A stretch of DNA of 64,000 bases from an uncultured Bacilli bacterium. Its GTDB lineage: Bacteria > Bacillota_I > Bacilli_A > RF39 > UBA660. The translations under genes and the position numbers were made by a program. The stretch is taken from assembly GCA_947585665.1 (NCBI GenBank), contig CANPXE010000005.1, positions 760 to 64,759 of the forward strand, given 5' to 3'. Numbering within the stretch: the first letter of the stretch is position 1; each line of letters opens with the position of its first letter. Under the pieces are notes generated by a model. It had not been told where the DNA came from. It did no database searches and saw only the letters and a list, made by a program, of their open reading frames with translations. Below are positions 57,951-64,000 of the stretch, piece by piece.

Positions 57951-58385
57951 TTAGACAAGACTTTTAATTCGGGATAAGAAAAAATAGTCATCATTATTGA
58001 AATCACAGGCAAATAAGAGATATTTATATTTGTTTAGTAATTCAAAAAACTCTGTATAATTTTGAATAGTATTAATGACGATATGAGTATTTTTAATTTT
58101 CATGATACTTACTTCATCAGAATAAAGATTATTAATGATGTGTTCATCTCTATTTCTTGAATAGCGCATTTTATTTTTTAATTCTTTATAGATACAACGA
58201 TCTAAATCATATTTATTTATAGGCATGACTAATTGTTTAAAAAGATTATAGCCATATTCAAGGTCCTTTTTATTCATTTCATATATTTCTAATAAAATGT
58301 TATATAGACCTCTTGGATAATCTTTATATAAATCATAGAATTCCTCTCTAATACTAAAAATGTAATATATTCGCATCATCATCAC
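57951..58385 (-). CDS. SirA (YneE)-like protein
   Basis: About 144 aa. The N-terminus YYIFSIREEFYDLY resembles B. subtilis SirA. The tkt-sirA-yneF gene order matches B. subtilis. Confidence 0.4.
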   Translation of the reverse strand: MMMMRIYYIFSIREEFYDLYKDYPRGLYNILLEIYEMNKKDLEYGYNLFKQLVMPINKYDLDRCIYKELKNKMRYSRNRDEHIINNLYSDEVSIMKIKNTHIVINTIQNYTEFFELLNKYKYLLFACDFNNDDYFFLSRIKSLV

Positions 58386-58434
58386 CTATTTTAGTATAGA
58401 AGAGTCTATAAGAGAAAAATGTAGAAAAAAAGAA

Positions 58435-60408
58435 TTATTTTAATAATTCTTCAATTTTTTGGGTAATATCTTTAACGGTAAAATGATATTCTTTTAAAAC
58501 AGCATCTTTTTTACCACTCAAGCCAAATTCATCAATCGTGAATAAGTAATCTTTACTTTTTACAAAGCGGTACCAAGAATAAGAAGAAGATGCTTCAATG
58601 ACAAAGGTTTTAGTATCATTTGGTAAAATTTCTTCTTGATATTTCTTAGTTTGACGCATAAAGACTTCAATTGATGGCATAGATACAAGACGAATGTCAT
58701 ATCCTTTACTCTCTAATTCTTTTTTGACTTGACTTGCCAAAAGCATATCTTCACCAGTTGAAATGATGATACCATCTATTTTTTTATGTTCTTTCTCTAA
58801 AATATAAGCACCCTTAGTCGTTTCGTTAACGCTTGTAAATTCATTTATTGGTACTTTATTACGGCTTAAGACAAGAACTGCTGGTCGTCTATTTTCAAAA
58901 ATAGCTTTGTAAGAACCAATGACTTCATTACTGTCAACGGGACGATAGACATCTAAATTAGGCGTACTGCGCAAAGATACTAATTGTTCTATTGGTTGAT
59001 GAGTTGGTCCGTCTTCCCCAACGGTAATAGAATCATGGGTAAAGACATAAATAACCGGTAAATTCATTAATGAACTCATTCTAATAGCTGGTTTAGCATA
59101 ATCGGAAAAAGCGAAAAAAGTTGAAACAAATGGGGTTAAACCGGTTAAGGCAATTCCGTTAGCAATAGCACTCATAGCGTGTTCTCTAACACCAAAATTG
59201 ATATTTCTTCCCAAAGGATAACTATTAGAAAAAGCACTACTACTATTTATTTTCGCATTAGTTGATTTAGAGACATCAGCACTACCACCGATTAAGAAAG
59301 GATAGATATCACTAATGGCATTTAATACTTTACCACTTGCGACTCTTGTTGCTTCTTGCATATCTGTTGGTAGTTCATAGATGATGTCTTTAAGTTTAAC
59401 TGCTTGATGATACTTAATTATTGAATCAAATTCTTTTTTAGTGTTTTTATCAAGATTTTTATATTTCTTTTGCCAATCTTGATAAGTATCACTACAACGC
59501 TCCTTAATCGTTTTTTGAAGAAGACTTACAGCATCTTGACTAGGTGTAAAAGGAACGTCACGAAGCGATAATTTCTCTTTTAATTTAGATAAGTCTTCTT
59601 TTTCAAGTGGTGAACCATGAACAAGAGCTGTTCCTTGATTTATAGAATATTTACCAATCGTCGTATGAACTTCAATGATGGTTGGACAATCTGACTTCTT
59701 TGCTTTTTCAATAGCTAAATCTAATTCATTAGTCTCTTCGCCATCTAAAACATTTAAATATTCCCATCCTTGGGCTTCAAAACGCATCTTAATGTTTTCA
59801 CTAAAACTATTATCAAGACTACCATCTAATGTTACGCCATTAGAATCAAAAAGGACAATTAGTTTACTAAGATCTAATTTACCAGCTAAAGAACAAGCTT
59901 CATAACTTACTCCTTCCATTAGGTCGCCTTCACCACAAAGGACATAAGTATAATAATTGATTAAGTTTTCACCAAAATATTTTTCAAGATATTTTTCGCC
60001 GATGGCTATACCAACGGCATTCGCAATTCCTTGTCCTAAAGGACCAGTTGATACATCAACTCCTGGTGTAACATCTAATTCGGGATGCCCGGGAGTAATT
60101 GAATTAACCTGACGAAACTCTTTTAAATCATCTAAACTGATTTTATAACCAGCCATATAAAGTGTAGCATATAAAAGACTTGAACCATGACCAGCTGATA
60201 AAACAAAACGATCACGATTTATCCATTTATCATCACTTGGATTAATCATTAAATGATTGGCGTACAAATCACAAACGATAGGTGTAGCTCCAAGGGCAAT
60301 TCCTGGATGCCCACTTTGAGCATTATCAATCATATCAATAGAGAGACCTCTAACATTATCAATAATACGCTTATCAAGTTGATTATTTTCTTTTTTAAAA
60401 CTTATCAT
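58435..60408 (-). CDS. tkt: transketolase
   Basis: GHPG, the ThDP-binding GEGDLMEG and the TK C-terminal domains; 657 aa. Confidence 0.95.
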   Translation of the reverse strand: MISFKKENNQLDKRIIDNVRGLSIDMIDNAQSGHPGIALGATPIVCDLYANHLMINPSDDKWINRDRFVLSAGHGSSLLYATLYMAGYKISLDDLKEFRQVNSITPGHPELDVTPGVDVSTGPLGQGIANAVGIAIGEKYLEKYFGENLINYYTYVLCGEGDLMEGVSYEACSLAGKLDLSKLIVLFDSNGVTLDGSLDNSFSENIKMRFEAQGWEYLNVLDGEETNELDLAIEKAKKSDCPTIIEVHTTIGKYSINQGTALVHGSPLEKEDLSKLKEKLSLRDVPFTPSQDAVSLLQKTIKERCSDTYQDWQKKYKNLDKNTKKEFDSIIKYHQAVKLKDIIYELPTDMQEATRVASGKVLNAISDIYPFLIGGSADVSKSTNAKINSSSAFSNSYPLGRNINFGVREHAMSAIANGIALTGLTPFVSTFFAFSDYAKPAIRMSSLMNLPVIYVFTHDSITVGEDGPTHQPIEQLVSLRSTPNLDVYRPVDSNEVIGSYKAIFENRRPAVLVLSRNKVPINEFTSVNETTKGAYILEKEHKKIDGIIISTGEDMLLASQVKKELESKGYDIRLVSMPSIEVFMRQTKKYQEEILPNDTKTFVIEASSSYSWYRFVKSKDYLFTIDEFGLSGKKDAVLKEYHFTVKDITQKIEELLK

Positions 60409-60438
60409 TCTATCACCTTTTCCCTATTATAACATAGA

Positions 60439-61266
60439 TTATTCTTTTTCCAAAAATTCTTTTTGAATGTGTTCTAAAGCATATTTAACACCATCTTCAT
60501 CATTACTTTTTGTAATGAAGTCAGCTTTATCCTTTAACTCTTGATAACCATTACCCATTGCTATTTTATAGCCTACTTCATCAAACATTTCCATATCATT
60601 AATGTGATCCCCTATCGCAATACTATTTTCTTTTCTAGCATCCATAAGTTTCAAAAAATGTCTAATTCCTCTTCCTTTATTAACATCCTTTAAAGTAACA
60701 TCATAGAAAAATCCCTCATTGGTATCTAATAACTTTAATTTCATCGTCGTTGAAATATTAACGATTTCTAATTCTTCAATTGTATCTAAATAGTTCCTAA
60801 TGAAAAGCATTTTATCATATTCATAACTTCCAACTACAAATTGTGTTATATATTTATCTTTTATCTCTTCAATATCGGTAATTAATTTGACATATTCTGA
60901 ATTTTGATACTTGTCGCTAACTATATTAGAATAACGAATCATTTCCGTATTAAAAGTAATAACTAGACCATTATTATTGCAATACTCATAAACTCTTTTT
61001 AATATATCAAAAGGAATTTTTACATAATCAATTATTTTCTTTTCTAAAGAATCATAAATCAAACTACCATTCGAAGAAATGAGATAACGACTATAACTTT
61101 TCTCTTTATCTAAATCTAAAAGATACTTATTACAGCGACCGGATGTATAGACAATATCATATCCATATTTTTTTATTTCATCCATGGCTTTTCTATTTTC
61201 AATAGTTACTTCTTTATTTGAATTTGTTAAAGTACCATCTATATCAATAAAAATATATTTTTTCAT
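60439..61266 (-). CDS. Cof-type HAD-IIB phosphatase
   Basis: IFIDIDGTLT (motif I) and GDHINDMEMF (motif IV). Confidence 0.85.
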   Translation of the reverse strand: MKKYIFIDIDGTLTNSNKEVTIENRKAMDEIKKYGYDIVYTSGRCNKYLLDLDKEKSYSRYLISSNGSLIYDSLEKKIIDYVKIPFDILKRVYEYCNNNGLVITFNTEMIRYSNIVSDKYQNSEYVKLITDIEEIKDKYITQFVVGSYEYDKMLFIRNYLDTIEELEIVNISTTMKLKLLDTNEGFFYDVTLKDVNKGRGIRHFLKLMDARKENSIAIGDHINDMEMFDEVGYKIAMGNGYQELKDKADFITKSNDEDGVKYALEHIQKEFLEKE

Positions 61267-61295
61267 ATATCCTCCAAAGAAAAAATAGGATAAAC

Positions 61296-62300
61296 CTATT
61301 TTAATAATTGTACACCTTGTAATACATATTTACCATTATTATAAGTATATAGGTAACGATAAATATCCCCTTTTGACATATATTCATCACTTGTTACATT
61401 CATATCATTAGTAATTATAGTTTTTAAAGAAGGGTCTTTATAGACAGCTTGGGCATTAGTAAAGACAACGCGAACATCAATATAAAGATTATTTTTTTCT
61501 TTAGTAGCTGATACAAATTCTTGTTTTGGAATACTAGATATTTTTTCATTTGATTTATAACAAGTACCAACATAATTATCATTTTTTAATGTAAACTTTA
61601 TATTTGAAATAAAATTACCATTGTCATAATAAGAGTAATTAAAAGTTACATACTCTTTAACATTAGTATTAAAACGTTCTGTTAAAATTCTTTGTATTTC
61701 ACTATTATGTATTGCAATATTACTATTACATATATCATTCATAGTATTTTTTTCTTTTACTAAATTATTAAAATCATTAGTTTTACTAACCAAAAACAAT
61801 TTATTTAAATCTGTAAGAGAAGATATTTTAGTTGGATCATTTTTAAATAACACTAAAGTATCATTATCATAATATTCTTCATTTTGGTATATTATTTCTT
61901 TTATAATAGTATTGAGTTCTATATTATCATTTACAATTAAACCATCGCTCAATTCACTAATCTTTTTTTCTTGATCAGTCTTTTCTTCTTGCTGTGTCAT
62001 ATCGGTTTCTTTTTCATTAGATTCTTCTTTATTATTGGACTTTAGTGGATCAAAAAAGAAAAGAGTAATCATAATGAATAATGTCAAAACAATGAGAATT
62101 AATAAGATAAATAATTTTTTACGCAATTCTTGTTTTTCTTCATCAGTTAAAGTTTTTACTTTGGTATTTTCGTCAATAGGTACAAAATCATTTGAATCAT
62201 TTAAATTATTAATATCATCATATGAATCATTTTTATTAGTTGCTGAAGTTTCTTGCCACATTTTTTCATGATTGTATTTAGTCATGTTATCAGCCTCCAA
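61296..62300 (-). CDS. membrane-anchored protein of unknown function
   Basis: Acidic N-terminus, a single TM segment (LFILLILIVLTLFIMITLFFF), then a 240-aa domain. No family recognised. Confidence 0.5.
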   Translation of the reverse strand: MEADNMTKYNHEKMWQETSATNKNDSYDDINNLNDSNDFVPIDENTKVKTLTDEEKQELRKKLFILLILIVLTLFIMITLFFFDPLKSNNKEESNEKETDMTQQEEKTDQEKKISELSDGLIVNDNIELNTIIKEIIYQNEEYYDNDTLVLFKNDPTKISSLTDLNKLFLVSKTNDFNNLVKEKNTMNDICNSNIAIHNSEIQRILTERFNTNVKEYVTFNYSYYDNGNFISNIKFTLKNDNYVGTCYKSNEKISSIPKQEFVSATKEKNNLYIDVRVVFTNAQAVYKDPSLKTIITNDMNVTSDEYMSKGDIYRYLYTYNNGKYVLQGVQLLK

Positions 62301-62449
62301 TTTTACAATAACATTATATCATTATTTAGTATATTAAACAATTAATTTAAATCTAAATCATCACTAGCAAACAGGTAATTAATATAATCATTAGTTAACA
62401 AAACATTTAAAATAAAAAAACATCTAGTAATTGACTTTATTTTGCGATA

Positions 62450-63349
62450 CTAATTTTTATAATTTTTCTTTGAATTTATTTTAATGGGATTGACGTGAAT
62501 GACAGCAAGATATATCTCATCTATTTCCTTAATTATTTCTTTTTCAAGATTATCCGCAATGCTGTGGCTTTCAAAAGTTGTTAAGTTACCATCGACAAAA
62601 ATAGTTAGCGATATTTGATAACGATAACCTACAGGTGTTGAATTAAAATGAATAACTTTTTTTATTTCGGGATGATTTTTAACAATGTCTAAGACTTTTT
62701 GTTTTGTTTCATCAGATATAGATTTATCCATTAAAACATCATAACTATCCATAAAGATACGCAATGACGTATATATAATCCAAATAGATATTAAAACACC
62801 AACTACTCCATCAAACCAATATATTTTTTGCGAAGCAAAGATGACGGAAATAAGTGTAAAAGTAGTTAAAATACAATCGTTACGATGATCATAAGAATTA
62901 GATTTAATTAAAAGATTGTTGTGTTTTTTAGACAATTTATTAGTATAGATATACAGACTTAGTTTAGTGATAATTGTTACAATACATACTATTATTAACC
63001 AAATTGAATAATCATAAGTATCTTTATTAATTAAAGAAAAAAGTGCATTAGTAAATATTTTTAAAGATGTCAAAATCATAACAATACTAATTAACATAGA
63101 ATAGATATATTCTGCTTTACCATGACCAAGATTGTGATCTTCATCCTTTGGTTTACTAGCAATTCTATTACCAACATAAGTCATAAGGGATGAAAAAATG
63201 TCACCAGCACTATTAAAACTATCAGCAATCATTGCTTGACTATTACTAATAAAACCAATTATTCCTTTAATAATTAAAAGAAAAAGATTACCAATTATTC
63301 CTAAAATACTTGCTTTTTTTATACTTTGATAACGTTCCATATAATTCAC
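62450..63349 (-). CDS. cation diffusion facilitator family transporter
   Basis: Six TM segments, the SNSQAMIADSFNSAGD motif in TM2 and HRNDC in TM5. Confidence 0.85.
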   Translation of the reverse strand: MNYMERYQSIKKASILGIIGNLFLLIIKGIIGFISNSQAMIADSFNSAGDIFSSLMTYVGNRIASKPKDEDHNLGHGKAEYIYSMLISIVMILTSLKIFTNALFSLINKDTYDYSIWLIIVCIVTIITKLSLYIYTNKLSKKHNNLLIKSNSYDHRNDCILTTFTLISVIFASQKIYWFDGVVGVLISIWIIYTSLRIFMDSYDVLMDKSISDETKQKVLDIVKNHPEIKKVIHFNSTPVGYRYQISLTIFVDGNLTTFESHSIADNLEKEIIKEIDEIYLAVIHVNPIKINSKKNYKN

Positions 63350-63364
63350 TCCTGTTATATTATA

Positions 63365-63673
63365 TTATTTTTCTTCTTGTAATTCTTTTATTTTTTCATT
63401 TATCATTAAAATCAAATCAAATGATCCATCTATTTTATTTAATACTAATAATGCATCCTGTAATTTTGTTTTTAAAGGACGATTAGTTTCTATTTTCTGT
63501 GCTTCTTTTTGATAATTAAAATTAGGAATGGGATTAGCACTAACAAAATCTTTTATGTAGTCTTCAATTTGCTTTAAAACATATACTTCAAGGGGATATT
63601 CATCCATTTCCATAACACCATAATAAGCCCCAACAAGGTAATGATATTGATCTTCTAAATTCATAATTATCAC
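63365..63673 (-). CDS. 102-aa hypothetical protein
   Basis: Intact ORF. No family recognised. Confidence 0.4.
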   Translation of the reverse strand: MIIMNLEDQYHYLVGAYYGVMEMDEYPLEVYVLKQIEDYIKDFVSANPIPNFNYQKEAQKIETNRPLKTKLQDALLVLNKIDGSFDLILMINEKIKELQEEK

Positions 63674-63758
63674 TCACATTTTCTATAATTGTATTATTAT
63701 TGTATCAAAAAAGTAGACCAGTAGTCTACTTTATCATCATAAATTATATTTATTAGTT

Positions 63759-64000
63759 TTATTTATTAGGATCAACGATAATCTTAACTGCATCACTAAC
63801 ACCAGAAGTTAGTTTTTCGTATGAAGCTTGAACGTCTTCTAGACCAACAATACTATCAATGAACTTAGTAACTTCAATTTCTTTTTCGGCTATCATATTA
63901 ACACAACTTACAAATTCTTCTTTAGTATAAGCAATAGCACCTTGTAATGTTAATTCGTGCATAACACCCATTACTAATGGTACTGTAACGGGCTCAAGTG
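63759..64000 (-). CDS. C-terminal part of a zinc-type (MDR) alcohol/polyol dehydrogenase; continues past the window edge
   Basis: The C-terminal pattern ...EEFVSCVNMIAEKEIEVTKFI...YEKLTSG...AVKIIVDPNK is typical of the MDR family. The frame is open to position 64000. Confidence 0.55.
   Translation of the reverse strand, partial: LEPVTVPLVMGVMHELTLQGAIAYTKEEFVSCVNMIAEKEIEVTKFIDSIVGLEDVQASYEKLTSGVSDAVKIIVDPNK

Overview
This 64-kb chromosomal window comes from a very AT-rich, spore-forming Bacillota-type genome. Supporting markers are spoIVB, SpoVB/SpoIIM-like and SirA-like genes, a Phe T-box, CIRCE operators and a Prp-processed L27. Most of the window is conserved housekeeping: frr, pheST, mnmA, deoB, xerD, rarA, hrcA-grpE-dnaK-(pepF)-dnaJ, xseAB, nusB, obg, rplU-prp-rpmA and tkt. 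Gene orientation converges at about 17 kb. A 28-nt dif-like Xer site sits there inside a 485-nt non-coding gap, so the window probably spans the replication terminus. An accessory segment of about 15 kb lies between mnmA (15.1 kb) and deoB (30.2 kb). The best candidate for an undescribed system is a ten-gene minus-strand operon at 20.8-30.1 kb. It is translationally coupled, visibly more AT-rich than its surroundings, and appears to encode only soluble proteins. It combines a nucleotide-sugar dehydrogenase, a radical-SAM enzyme with a partial SPASM (twitch-like) C-terminus, PHP and HAD phosphatases, a glycosyltransferase, two further oxidoreductases, two HprK-like P-loop proteins and an APH-like kinase. 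HelD follows it directly with no terminator in between. I cannot match this gene set to any characterised pathway. Other items worth a second look:
- an orphan structured RNA or leader with a perfect consensus promoter and a strong terminator (48.09-48.25 kb), upstream of two paralogous membrane proteins
- three tandem membrane-anchored paralogues apparently co-transcribed with obg
- a coupled two-gene operon of unknown helical proteins (43.7-46.6 kb)
- a phosphatase / P-loop-CYTH / MYG1 trio
- a YlmH-like gene with no canonical start codon
- unannotated micro-ORFs
I saw no rRNA, tRNA, CRISPR array, IS element or prophage.
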